Source: Takakia lepidozioides
Taxonomy: Eukaryota; Plantae; Bryophyta
Direction: 5' to 3'
Length of the DNA stretch: 64,000 bases
Assembly (NCBI GenBank): GCA_030704615.1
Contig: CM060734.1
Coordinates: 6,758,001-6,822,000, forward strand
Notes under the pieces: model-generated
What the model was told of the DNA's origin: nothing
Seen by the model: the letters and a program-made list of their open reading frames with translations, nothing else
Database searches by the model: none
Made by a program: the position numbers and the translations under genes
In this document: piece by piece, positions 12,950 through 26,500 of the stretch
How positions within the stretch are numbered: the stretch's first letter is position 1
Layout of the letters: every line of letters starts with the position of its first letter

Positions 12950-15900
12950 ACGGTACTTCCTTCGAGGTATTGCACCTTTGAAGGGCTATCTATTGCTGGA
13001 CTTACCGTCATGCAGGTAAACAGACGTCTCAAGCTGTTTGAAGTACTTTCATGCAGGTAAGATTCCTTGCTGGCGTGCTACCTGAGCTTGGTGAAAGAGA
13101 TGGTTGTTGTCGTTGTAACGCACAGAGGGAGCGGAGCTTGATCCAAGTGAGATGTGGAGAATGGCGATGACCCACTTGATCATATGCGACAGGAAGAAAA
13201 AACCCCATTGTGTAAATTTCTGAAGTAGCATTCAGTGAGTCACGAAATAGAACACTGGGTGTGCTAGGAAATGACGAATTCACATTGAACAGTCTGTGTA
13301 CACTTAGGCATTCTTGGCCACAATGGTTCCCGTTTGAAGGTAGAGGTTAGCTGTAAGTTTCAGATTCTCTGCTTAGTATCCAAGTTTTCATCTTTTGAGT
13401 CACTAGTTTGGACTTGGGGCGCCTTCTTCTTCTTGAATTGCGCGCTACAAGACTGCACCAAACTCCTGCAGCAAGGACCGGTCCTTTCTCCTCGCACATG
13501 GTGTCTCCAACGTCCTGCTGCTCTACATCAGCTGCAGCTGCAAATCAATGTAAGCAATTATTCTCTAGACCCTGCAGCATCTGCTCTCTGTCCAACACAC
13601 GTAGAAAATTAGAAGTTCATGTAAAATCCTTTACACTAGAAGAATTTGCACCAGATTGACAGACAGTCATCCAGTCATCCACTCCGTGCATGCTTGTGGA
13701 AGCAAATGCCTTAGACGGTAACATTCCCACCATTGCCCTGCAACATTACAACACGAGCTGGCATGATGATGGAGTGCAAGGCTTTGGAAAGAGCATGCTA
13801 TGGACTTTTATGATGAAAGTAAATTAGTGCTCAGATTATCAGGATGTTGTTGGGAAGAATGGAGAGGTGTTTCCCTGTCTCTTGTCACTGTTCTCTCTAC
13901 TGTAAAATCTGGGGACGCAGCCAATCCCTTGCAGATGTGTTGCATTACGAGGAGCAGACATATTGGCATATCCACATGAGTTTCTACCCCTAGAGAATCT
14001 CTGGAAGATGAATTATAGTATTGGCACTTTCTTTCTTGTATCATGCTTCTTTTCCCATAAGCACGTTATAAATTCCTTTCTTGGATGATCAGAGAGGTAT
14101 ATACGAGACTCATGAGTGAGATTTCACATGGTGTTCCTCAAATATGAGCTTGGTGCTCAAATCTCCCAATCAGGGCCAATGATAACACAGACATCAGAAG
14201 AGTTGAGATATCAGCAAAACATACCAAATCGCCAGAACGTGCGTTTGGGCTCCCAAGAAACTCATCCGCCTCTCCCTGCAGCCCAGTAAAGTTTGTAGTC
14301 ACATCCTCCATTTGGAATTTGTACACATGTGAACCACTTCTTAGTTTGATGTTGTCTAATCCGAACGAGTAGCCATTGTTACTCATTTGTCTGTCTCCCT
14401 ACCCCCTGGACGCAAAGAGTGGTTTTCTCTTCTTTATCTTTGAGAAGGAAGGGGGAATTCCCCATATCAAACTTATCCAGAAACATTTGCTTCCATCCCC
14501 CATGAACCCCATGCAGCCTGCTTGTTAAAGACATGCCTGACGCTAATATCAGTATCCCTCCGTTTCTTTCTTTTCCAAACCCTGACCATGGAGAAATACC
14601 CTCCCAATAGCGAGAGTTTATAGTTGAAGTGGAAGCCAAGAATCTACCGTTGTGTTTAGTCCTTCAAGGTACTCCAGCATATTAGCATCCTGCACATGGA
14701 AAAAGAGTAAATCTCTGTCCCATGTCAATCAAACCTTTTGACAAAAGACTTCTAGTTGGTAAAGCTCTACTAGAACAAAAGGAATGATTATGTGTTGTTA
14801 TGCTGGTAGCTCTGACTGTGTCTTGGTAGCTAACCTCATCAAACATTTCTGTGCACAGAATTTGATCTTCCCCTAATTCTAAGGAAGAGTTGTATTGATT
14901 GCTGGGAATGTGGCTGTGACCTTCTGTTCAGGCATAGTCACCACAGGGAGTTGGCCCCTTAAAACCAATTGTGGAAGATCCAACTTGAAATTGGCATAAA
15001 GATTACACTTAGTAAGGATCAGGTCCAGAGAGTGAGAGATGAGAAATTTTTACATGTCCACATTCAAGTTCACTTTCAATTGTGTTAACTTCCAAAAGAA
15101 AGTGTAGTATCAAGTGACGTTTTTTATCTACTGTAAAAAGAGACTGTTGGGAGATTTCAAAGAACTAAAGATCATTGATGTCAGAACAGAACAAGACCTC
15201 TTTTGCTTTCAAAGCATCGATGAGCCTCTGGGCAGCTTCCAACTCTGGCGACATAACATATACCTGTATCACCCATGATGCAACCATCCAGAGTCAAGAG
15301 TAGAAGCACGGTTACAAAGGGAAATGGTTGAATTCAGCCTAAAAGCCGACTACAAAAGATGTCAGTGTAATTGTACTCACAGGCATTGATAATCAACATG
15401 AGGTGGTTGTGTAGTAGCATCCTAAGTGTATGCACAAACGACGTTTCATTTTTCAGTGCTTTTGTTATGCTGCAGATTTCCAAAATGTATTGCTTCCTCA
15501 TGATTTCATTATCCTGATAGCTTACGGTGGTGACCAAATTGTCCAGGAAAAAATCTGTACACCTCATCATCAGAGTCTTCCCATTGAGATGGAGCCAGGC
15601 TCACAAACCTTTGCTTTGGTTTGAAGACCCAAATGCTCACGAAGATCATCTTGGGCAAACATCACTGCAAGAGCTGGGGAAGAGGGTAACCTCCACTCAA
15701 CCAGAAGGTTTGAAGATTCTTCACAACTTCAGACTTTTCTTGGTCTGCTTTGACTGCCGCTAACTCTCCTGGTTTGGCACATCAATATATTAGGGAGCTC
15801 AAGCTACAGTTCCATTGGGGATTACTTTGTTGTGTTAAATTAGACTTGGTAAACACTTTCCCAACTCAAAATGGAGTCCAAGTCTGTGCTTGCTTGTGCT

Positions 15901-17750
15901 GATTGATGAATAAACTTGATTGAGAGCCTATGTCCAATTGCCAGACAACTTTATATAGCCCTGGTGAAGGTGTAAAGTATCACAAGACAGACTATAGGCC
16001 AAATCCAGAGGAGCATGTGGAGACTAACAAAATGTTGGAGTATACTGCAGCCAGCTATTCTACTGCTACCCAATAGAATATATACTGGCAAGGTACAGGT
16101 GTCAGCATTACAACATTATGATACTCTTGCAGTAGAGCATGGCAAGGTCCTTGGTAGAAATACATCGAAATTCTTTGTCTTCATGTAGGACGCATTGCAT
16201 CACAAATATGACATATTAGACATAGAAGAGGCATGAGGCAAGGGCCAGTAGTAAAGCAAGAGTTTTCATGGTCCCAAGTACAATAGAATAAACAGTAGAG
16301 CTTGTGTAAGCAGGTTGTATATACCGAGCCTCTGCAACCAGACCCCAACATCAGCCAAGTCAAGAATATCATGGTCCAGCACCCCAGCCTGCCAATCCAA
16401 CTCTGCATGATTAAGAAGTTCTATTTCCTGTGATTGACGCTGTGAATATTCATGAGATTCTTGCTTAACAATGATGCTGCAGTTGTGACTGGATTTCCTG
16501 TGTCTTATTGGTGCACTCCTGATGTTTAATGGCTTCAAGTAGCCATTAAGTACCCATTGAAGGAGTCTTTGGCTTGCCAGTCTTTGCTCAAGTTTCTACT
16601 ATGCACAGAAATCATAGTAGAAACATCTTTAGGAGAGGGTTCTATTCTTACTTCTTTACTGTGGCCCACATTGCACATAGATAGGATCTACCTTCCAACC
16701 TCCAGACTGATAGGACTTGCACTCGGACACAACGAAAAGTAATATGCTTCTTTTAAATCCTGAGCACCTTTCTGGGTGCACAGGAAGATCCTCTGAAGAA
16801 AGCAACTATTACTCATAAATATACTTATTTGATGTATGTAAATACAAATACACACCAATTTCTGAGCATGACTAAGAACAAGGGGGTCGCACACATAGCC
16901 CCATTGTCTGCTTGTTTTCCCCTTTTCCGTTTATTAAATTCTGGTTCTGGCAGATGTCTGTATGTACTAGGGACGTCCTCAACATCTTCAGCAAGTTTAA
17001 GCTCCTCTAGCATCTGGGTGCGCATGTCAATCCTGTCCATGCACCCTTTCACAAGCTTGAGGTACTCCTTGAGGCTAATACTGTTGTCACCGTGGGGTAT
17101 AGAAAAGCCTGCAGCCTGCGACGACACAATGGAGTTCTGAAAATCCAGTGTGTGGCTGGTGATCACAATGAGTAACTGGTACAGCCTTAACAAGAGTCTA
17201 AACAACGTCTACCAAACGTTCCTAACAGAAATTCTTCATACGGTAACAAGCAGAAGTCGTCCTACACCTAAACCCCCCCCTACAAACTGGGATGCATGAC
17301 ATTAAAACGAAATATGACAAACGATAGTGAGCTCTTGGTAATGTACATTGCAGAGCTAATGCCAGATCTGGCAGTTTACCTCTTTCTCATACCTGGGCCC
17401 TTTTGTACAAGTCTTCCTCAGTATCGGGTCTCAAAGAGCCAGCTGGGTTTTGGCTTTTCGGGTTGAGTTGCTGCCGCCTCAGCCACTTCAATCAGGTCTG
17501 TAGTGTCGACCGATACATCAACCCCAGCTGTGGTACTTCACAGAGTTCTGTCTCAGGAGACAATCTACCAATGCTGGAAACATAGAAGCAACATCGAAAC
17601 CCACTGACCAGCATCGACGATGGTCGCTGGAGCTTCTCTACAATCTGCGGAACCCAAGGCCATGCCCCGCATCCCCGACAAGCATTTCCAAGGTCCCGAT
17701 AGCGAGCAGAACCGCCAAACAACCCAGGTCAGCAATCCAGAGGCAAGACG
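12950..17750 (-). pseudogene. Probable decayed multi-exon gene of unknown function
   Basis: An in-phase GT-AG intron (17392-17137) joins ...EEDLYKRAQ|NSIVSSQAAG...LKEYLKLVKGCMDRIDMRTQMLEELKL. Further exon-like blocks lie at 16325-16660, 15560-15960, 14140-14690 and 13030-13540, with in-frame stops or frameshifts (e.g. TGA 17492-17494). No family recognised. Confidence 0.35.
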
Positions 17751-18072
17751 AGCCAATTATCATCAGTTCAGAGAGGATGCAGCTAATTTATGAGCTTAAG
17801 CATCGAGACCTTTCAACTTTCTTCCTACGCCTGGTGTTGACGTTACCAGACAACCAATCGGTGTGGGCACTATATCAACGATGTTCAGTAACTAAGGCTG
17901 GATGCCGCTGCGGAGCCCAGATCCGAGTTTACGGACTTCACCGAACTACGATAGAGGATTGGCGTAAGCACAGCTGCTTGGAATGGCAGCCATCCGAGTC
18001 AAATCAATCTCATCTCACACGCGCAAGGGATCCATCTCCCAAAGTGCACCACCTAGTGTACCGGACGGTAAA

Positions 18073-18287
18073 GTTTGTTTGTTTTTTTTTTAATAAAGGG
18101 AAACACCTGTGTCGCAGAGAAGGGGGAGAAGGGCGTACCACACCCCTCAAGTAGCGGGATTTGACCCCAGGGTCATCCGGATGGCACTCAGTTGGCTGAG
18201 GCTAAGTTTATATACTCGATAGAGTATACAACTTGGTTGTCACCCATTGTGATAGTTCACTTTACCAACTGAGCTACTTACTGTTGG
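18073..18287 (-). mobile_element. tRNA-derived SINE with poly(A) tail, interrupted by a captured Gypsy RT fragment
   Basis: Minus strand: A box TAGCTCAGTTGGT (18276-18264), B box GGTCAAATCCC (18166-18156), non-tRNA tail, A-rich end (T-run at 18073-18091 on plus). Confidence 0.75.
18190..18258 (+). other. 69-bp Gypsy RT fragment, 68/69 identical to 55990-56058
   Basis: AGTTGGCTGAGGCTAAGTTTATATAC(T/C)CGATAGAGTATACAACTTGGTTGTCACCCATTGTGATAGTTC. The only mismatch is 18216 T vs 56016 C. Confidence 0.97.
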
Positions 18288-20728
18288 TTAGTTTTATTAG
18301 TTAGAACATACGGTTGACAAATGTACCCCGGCCAAAATACAAAAGGATCTTTATGTGTAGGGTAAAGAAGCGAATACGTCCTGCGTTGTATCTCGCGCAA
18401 TCTGATTGGCCAGGAATTATCCCATATCGATTGCCTGTATCCAGCACCCTGTATAGTATATAATCAGGTGTGAGCTGCAAGGGAGTGGAGGTTGGGCTTA
18501 TGGTTGATTATGTCATCCCAATGTGGAGTACGTTGTATTCGGGGACGTTACGTACTTATGTACCCCCCGAAATATAACATACTTACCCTGAAATTTGTCC
18601 AAATAAGTGTACTCAAACTACAAAGGAAAAAAGTGACGAGGGTTCTTTACGAAAAATCTGTTGCTAGCTCGTTCGAGACTCATGCCCATCTTTCGGACAG
18701 TCTTATCCCCTGCAATTCCTTGTGGATTGATTCTCAACTGCTAGGCCACCACACGACCTTCTATGGCGTTCTCTGCTCACCAGACTTTAGAATCTGTTGG
18801 CCAATTTTCCTGGGTGAGAACAACCCATAGGGCAATGTTGGGTGTTATGGTTGCCACCGACTATATCATCATCATTCAAAGCTAGATCTGTATAAAAATG
18901 GCAACTAACCCAGGTAGATGGAGGAGGTTGAAGGAAGCGGTGTATGCATTACCTCTTTCTGGACCATATTTCTCTATTGTCTTAATTTGTGACAGGCACA
19001 ACAGTCTATTGAACTAAGGCTGGATAAGTTAGGCGAGAATCTATTATTTACTCATGGTGTGTGAGGTTTAGTGATAGATTTAGTTGAATGGAGCAGAACA
19101 TATTCTTAGGTTAGATTGGGAGGGATAGTTATTATTGTATTTATAACTACGTATGTCTGTTGTAAGGTCTTGACCATGTTTTGAAATGTGGTTGTCTGTG
19201 AGGGAAAGAGTGTGTACATGGAGTGTAAAATTTTGCGGCATAGTTGTTGTCATGTCATGACAACGGCCTTCACAACATGAGCAGATCAGTGACTGACTCA
19301 TTTGGATATTTGTCGGAGGTACTTTATGGCTTCAGCAGACCAGGGCCCAGCACTCCAGGAATTCCAAACTTTGCTTCAGCACTTGATTGCCGTTCTGACT
19401 CCTCCCACAGCTCAGTATCTACGAGTTTGTTATGTGCCAGTGCTTACAAAAGCTGGAGATCAGAAATGTAGGATAAACCGAAACAATCCCTCGTGGGTCA
19501 AGCAAACACCATCTTGGGACTACAGATCTCACCAACTTTGTTCTCAGCCCTCCCTTTCTCATTGTAATCTAGGTAGTTGCAGCTGCAGACCTCATTGCGG
19601 ACGTTCCATGAAGACTGATTATCCCGAGTTTACCCTCAGATGGTTCATCTAACATATATGAAAGGTATGGAGATGAAGACAATGATGCGCGTTCGAAGGC
19701 TTCTCAATGGTTGCTAACTTTTGTACTCCAACCATCTACAGAAATCCATTTGGAAGCACACTCCAAACCACAAACTTGCTTTCACCAAGCTGCCCACACC
19801 AATTGTTACACCCTTCTTTTGTGAAACCAGTATTCGTGGTGATAATGATGCGCAACTAGAGGCTTCCACACCGGGCTGAAGCACCCTTCTCAACGTGCAA
19901 TTTGGACGAGGTAGATTATATTAGCCCTCGCGAGAAAACATTGAGATGGAAACAGTGATTCAAAGTTCTTTTCAGCCAAATAGCGTGCTCACTTCTTCAT
20001 AAAACCATGACATTTCGCCAAGCAGGTCGGCGATGCATTTAAAGAGCTGCATATGTGCCATGTTTGCATAACCATTTTGAAAAACAAAATGATCTGATAT
20101 ATTATGAGATATAAAAAATTGATGGTAATATAAATGAGAGTAATTACAGGAAGTAAAATAAAAGACTTTTTAGCTTGGTTTGCTAGAGTACCACGAAAAA
20201 AGATATGCCTACGTGGAGGGTGCAGAGTACATATTAAGTAGCAAATAACTATGACTCATGCAACTCCGTGTCATTTCGATCAGCTTGAGGTCATTGTCTT
20301 TATGAGCTTTGTTTGTAGAATGTGAAGGGGTTTACAGAGTTAGGATAATTCAGCAGAGTGAAACATATATGGTCTCAACTTCAAGGTCCATCACTATAGA
20401 ATTGAACCGAGGGGCTCCGCCCTCTCACCATGATCTTGTCTAAGGCTTAGCAAGGTTTTAGTTATGACTATCTTTTAGGTTTTGCCAAATCCCTAACCTC
20501 CTCGTCCTCCTAAGCTCTCCAGACTAGCGGTTCCACTTATTTACAAGTGCCTCTATATTTAACCATGGCCGCCGCCATGGCGCCTCTATTACCTCTCAAT
20601 GTGCTTGGGGGTCTTCCCACCTCACCTTTTGCTCTAGCAATGCTTCTAATTGCTGGATCATAGCGCTTCTTTGAGCTCCCTCTTCGTGTTTTTAGACTAG
20701 ATTCCACCAGCAAACAAAAAATCACCAT

Positions 20729-22855
20729 ATGACTCGTGAGGTTTTAAGCTTTAAGTTGTCTACCTACGATGAAGACCTGTTACGCGAGTGGGTGCTCTTC
20801 CACCCCATCTCTGTATCAGAAAAGGATCTACGTTACGACGAGCTCTACTCCAACGGCTCATCATCTTTTATGGCGGAGGCGGGGTCACTACCACTGCCCA
20901 TACTCTCTCTCCAAGCGCCCGCGAGTTCATCCCTGGTATGTTCTCATTTTTTCGCAAGCGGAGCTCCTCGTCAAGGTCCGGAAGTACGACCTCATGGCGT
21001 CTCCCCTCAGCTACTTTAGTCTGATGCCAGGCCTCACTTATAGCAAATCTATCTTGATGTGCTTCTTTCAGATCATATTGTGTACTTGCGAACTGCTTTA
21101 TGGTGTCTTGCTACTGATTCCTCCGTGTTTAAGACGGGATCTGCTTGGACTCGGCGTTACGGCATGCCCTCCCCCCCGGCATGTTTCCCGAACTACTACC
21201 CGCTCTAGAAAGCACTGGTATATGGGTGCCTTATCGACTGCCCGTCTCTACCACAGTAAGGGCTGGTTTCTCATCATCGCGTTTTGTCTTATCTCGCCCG
21301 CCAATGCACTCATCATGCATCACGAAGAAGCGCCTGCTCTACCCACCCACCCTGTTCTCAATGGTGTGTGCACCAACACAGTATTCAGCTGGCCCGGCCA
21401 GCCTGTGCTCTATGTTGCAGCTGGGAACCTGTGGATAAATGAGTATGAGTGGATCTATTTCGCTGATTGCCCGATTGCTGCTGTGAACAGGGGCATAGGC
21501 GTGGCCCCCAAATCTGCACATCTAATCCCTATTTTGTGAGGGCCCAATTTCGGACCAATGTTTTCTGGTGCTATCTCTCTCTCAGGCTGAACGATCGCAA
21601 GGGCTCTCTCGTCACACCCCCCATGACCATGCAGGAAGACAGGCAGCTTACTACAGACTCTCTGGCCCTATCTTCGCTGTCTCTGCGGACCCACTGATGA
21701 TTATCGAGCTGGAGCTGTTTAACTTCGTCTACATTCCAATGGTTCACTGGTTATTACTGGACCCTGGACAGGCTGCGGCCAACTGGTCCCATGACAGTAC
21801 AGATCCCGTTGTCGAGGGGCTTGACCGCCTCATGGATATTTCTCTGAATTGCCCTCTTATAGCGACCTGGTGGCTTTCAAATTCCAACAAAGAGACAGAC
21901 CCGCATGGCTCATGGGCGTTGCTTCAACTTTCAGGGCACTCTCTTCCAAGTGCTCACTGGTCTGGTGTTCCATCAAACCACATCAATGTGAGGGCTCAGT
22001 TACGAGGCACGACAACCGGTCTCTATGTTGATCGCCCCCTCATACAAGCTGTCATCAGTCTGGATACTCTAATTGCTAGGTGGCTAACAAGACCAACCGT
22101 GAAGATGGACATCACCAGCACGTGTATTAGTGCTCTTTTCCGCGCAACTTTGATGGAGAGAGCCCCAACCCTGCAATTCGCTGGTCTGGCCTGATTGGGC
22201 ACACTCCTGTAGTGGCTGGCCCTTGGAGAAATGAGTCTAGGCAGATGCGGGTCTCCTCTAATCACTGTTTTCCTTATATTGATCAAGCAGCGGCACCCAT
22301 AGGGCTGAGGCCCTCTACGCTCAACAAGTTCGGACATACCCCATATATCTGCCTCTACTTTGTGACATGGAGCTACGTTTATACTGCCCCCAAAGGCTTC
22401 TCCCCCCCTACATGCTAGCACGCAATCAGAAGATCCCGGCCACCATCCCTGCACCGCAGTGGCATGCGCACCATAGCGTCAAGGAAATGAGAATTATGAT
22501 GGAATGGCTAAGGATGCTGGACTGGCCAACCCTTCTTAGCTGGCTCCACAACCATGGCGGTGACTTCATGCCCCGCAACACTGCTGCCAACATTCCCACT
22601 CAGGTGCCATGGCAATGGCAACAGTGGTGGCTCAATCTCCGTCCTCAATCAGCTCACTATCTTCTTATTCTTCGGGAGCACACTCCCCCTTCCCCCCAAT
22701 CTTGGTTTTTCTCTTCCTTCTCATTGCTTAATAGATTCGGCTCTACTTACAATGAAGTTTCATCATATTATGATGCAAGTTACTATGCCACAGATGGATC
22801 CCCGATCTTAAGTGGCACCTCACTACCCAGTCGGATCAGCCACGCATATACCTAA
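20729..22855 (+). pseudogene. Decayed intronless long ORF of unknown (probably mobile-element) origin
   Basis: Overlapping plus-strand ORF fragments (96, 256, 208, 68, 162 aa) tile ~2.1 kb via frameshifts. The region is C/CpG-rich relative to its flanks. No recognisable domain. Confidence 0.4.
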
Positions 22856-23402
22856 AGCGCTTTGCTGCCCAAGTCCAGCACTCTCGACCAACTACCCCTT
22901 GCCAGCCACCATCCATGGTACCCTATCCTACTCTTTCAGGTACAAGTCCTCTCAATTTCTACCATCTGAAGCACAAATTCAACACAGGTAACCACCTCGT
23001 CTCATCCACATCTCCCTTACTCGCACCACTTCCCTCTACTCTGCACGATCCCCTTTCAAGTCTATGGGCTCCTGATTTCAACACACTTGTTACTTGTCAA
23101 GTTTTCTGCTTTCCACATCACCCAATGTCAATGGTCTCATGGTTCTAGCAGATCTTACCCACCTCTACATTATTATACTTGGCCTTCCCACAATACCACT
23201 ATCTGCTCTCAAACTAGTTTCCAATGCTATTTCAGCGCTAGACACGTTATGCTCAGTATGTCCCCCTCCTTTCATTTATATGACATGACCTCATCATATG
23301 GTGTAACCCCAAGTATACACTCCACACTATCTGTCCATTGCTCTAACCCACATCTCTTTCTTACAGGCGATGGTGCCCTATCATGGGGCTGTTTATGTCT
23401 TT

Positions 23403-23590
23403 AATTGACAATGACCCTAGTTGGTCTTGTCCATGTCTAGACATGACATGAATATCTTCCCTCTCCCTCTCTCTTATTAACTTTTTCTACCCCCTCTTTT
23501 TTTTCTTTTTTTTGTGAGCAGCACGAAAGAGAGGGAAGATACTATGTTTTGTCGGGACATGGACAGGACCAAACATGGTCATTGTCAATT
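23403..23590. repeat. Inverted repeat (~63-bp arms, ~63-bp pyrimidine-rich spacer)
   Basis: AATTGACAATGACC/GGTCATTGTCAATT, TGTCCATGTC/GACATGGACA, TATCTTCCCTCTC/GAGAGGGAAGATA. Confidence 0.85.
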
Positions 23591-26500
23591 TTTACGACAA
23601 ATCAACCTCATGAAGAGGCATTATCAGTCAAACTCCACTTCAAATCAGATCTTATGATGACCTCCATTACATTTCAAAGACAAAGAATCTACCTGGTAGA
23701 TTTCAATGACAAGAAAATACGGGTGGGAGGGTGGGATTACTTAGAAGATCCCCTCCTTATAATAATCCAGCTTTATATTCTAAGGAACAGTATGCTAAAC
23801 AAGTGTTATGCCTGTTTTAGAATTATAAGCTATGGGTGGCATCTAAGCAAACAATTAAATGTTTACCTATATCATGCAATAGTACTGCTCATCTGGAACC
23901 CAAAAGTTCCAGCTATTTTCCATTAATCACACAACCGGGATATTAAATCATCTGGTTACTTATAAGATAACCAGTTTTTTAATAACAACAACCCAGAGCT
24001 TATCTGCTACATTTTTAGAACTTCTTGTAATCATGACATAGAGTCAAAACTCATTGCATTGTTTAGTAAGCTTGATTTCCCAGAACTGCTTTCTCCTGTA
24101 GTGTTCTGTATCAGAATATGTCATAGCTAGCAAAAAACAAACAGCTATCTTTTTTGTAACATAAAATCCAGAGCCATGTTGTAGGTTAATCAGTCTTTGA
24201 TTACCAAGCAACAGCAGAGGCTTCTCTTTAAAACAACCAGACCTGGTTTAGGTCTGGGGTCATTATGTTACAACCTTGACAAGGTGTTTGCAAGGCAAAA
24301 AAGACTATTAATGAAGTTCAAAAAGGCCATAGTTCCCACACTTGTTCAAACCCTGGTGTTACACAGGTTTTGAATCGATAACATCTGAAAAAAATATATT
24401 GTGTAGCCTGATATTTTTATCAAGCCAGAGCAGCTGAAATCATTTAATCTAACCCAACTAAAGCTTGGAGGGTTTTTAGAATAGCTCGATTCTGGGTCCC
24501 CACCAACTCATGTTTCTTGTGTGTCTTGGCATCAATCATGCCAGAGCAGAAATAGTGAGTCATGTGTTCTTTTTTTTGTAACCCACAAGCCATAAACAAG
24601 CTGTATATAATCTGTAATTACAGGAATCATATCCAGAGCCTAGTTTAGGCCTGATGACATCAGGTTTCTTACCTTAGCAGATTGTATGCAAGGTACAAAA
24701 AACACAGATGGAGTTCAGAAAGCCACAGATGTTCCATAGTATGAGTACATAAAGGCATACAGGGCCTTAGAACAAAACAAGTGCAATGCTATGTCATATC
24801 AAAACCAGCCATAGCTAGAAAGATCAAACAAACAACAGTCTTTTTTGTAATCATACAATCCAGAGCCATGCTGGTAAGTATGATGTTAATCATTCTTTGG
24901 TCATCAAGCAACAGAAGAGGATTTTCTTCAAACACCAGGACCTGGTTTAGGTCTGGGGTCATTATGTTACCACCTTAACAAGGTGTTTGCAAGATAAAAA
25001 AGACATTTTAATGAAGTTCAGAAAGGCTATAGTGCCAATACATGTTCAAACCCCAATGTTACATAGGTTTTGAAGTCATAACATCTGAAAAAAAGGCTGT
25101 GTTGCCAGATATCAGAGCAGCTGATATCTTCAATCCAACCTACCAAGAGTCTATAAAGCCAGTACATGTTTTTCTAAAAAAACAAAAGCTTGCTTTTAGA
25201 AGAGTAATTTTGGGTCCCCACCAGTCCATGTTTCTTGTGGAGCAGAAACAATGAGTCCTGTGTTCTTTTATTGTAATCCAAAAGCCACAAACACAACTGT
25301 ATACAATCTGTAATTACAGAGTGACATGAAGAGGTAGCAGGTTACTTACCTTAGCAGATTGTATGCAAAGTAAAAAAGGAAAGGAGGTTCAAAAAGCCAC
25401 AGAGGTTCCATAGATTGAGCACATAAAGGCATACAGGGCTTAGTATAAACCAGATGCAAGCTCTGGCCTCTCCCCTACCGTGTTGCTTGAAAGTGTACAT
25501 ATCAGAGTAGCAAATCGTGCTCTAAGCATGAAAAAGAGCAGACCTTAATAGAATTCATGTGTTCTAAAAAGGCTCGCTAATGCACTTGCTGCTTCAACAC
25601 AGAGATAAAGGTTGTAAGCATATCTAGATTGGTCAGGTAGGGAGGCAAAAATGAGACATCTCCCTGGATAATCAGCTGATGTCGATGTCACTTCACTTGC
25701 AGGTTTGTCATCAGATTCAAGCTTCAAAAATCACATTAAGTGAGGACCCTCACCTGGTCCCATCACAAGCCCCCACAAGAACCAACAGGTTAGTGAGAAT
25801 TGTGGAACCCCAGGTGAATCGGGTCTCACGCTTGTTATCGCTGTACAACATGAGTTCTAACGCAAGAATCAATTCTAAACACAAGCAAGGTTATCCACAA
25901 CCTTAATCGATTGCGGAAGAGGACTCGACATCGCTCCAAGCACTTGACAATCAACAGCACAAACAAGCAATGGTTTGTTGAGATCTATGCGCATTTTAAC
26001 AGGTGAAGAAACCCCTTGAGTTTTTATGAGCAGTGCTGAAACTTAATGATCCAGAGAGGATCTACAAGCAATCGGGCAACCTAAGGTAGATTGCCCGCCA
26101 AGGGAGTAGGCCACCATACTGAGGGAATTGAAGCACTGCCGCCGTTACGCATCCCAAGGGAGATGAGAAAGGACTGGAATCTTGCCAGAGTACTTGTAAG
26201 CAGCATTGAAGCGTCTCCATAGCCATCAAAATCATAAAATTCATGCTAAGAGATCCCTCTGACGCCATCACTTCATCTCCCGTAGAAAAAACGCACAGTA
26301 TCGTGCAAGTTTTATGGCAGGAGAGGAAATATGGCAAACCATTGCGATTTCATCCATGTGGGATGAAAAATAAGGAATGAAAGGTGAATATTCCCCTGTT
26401 GTCATCGCCATGTCATCTAGCAGGGATGACATCCTAAAATCGATGACGAGAACCTGGCATTCATTAGGGTTAGATATAAATGACCTTAATAATCCAAAGG

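Noticed and set aside
18305-20250. Possible MITE or DNA transposon remnant
   Set aside because: No convincing TIR, TSD or transposase motif found by eye.
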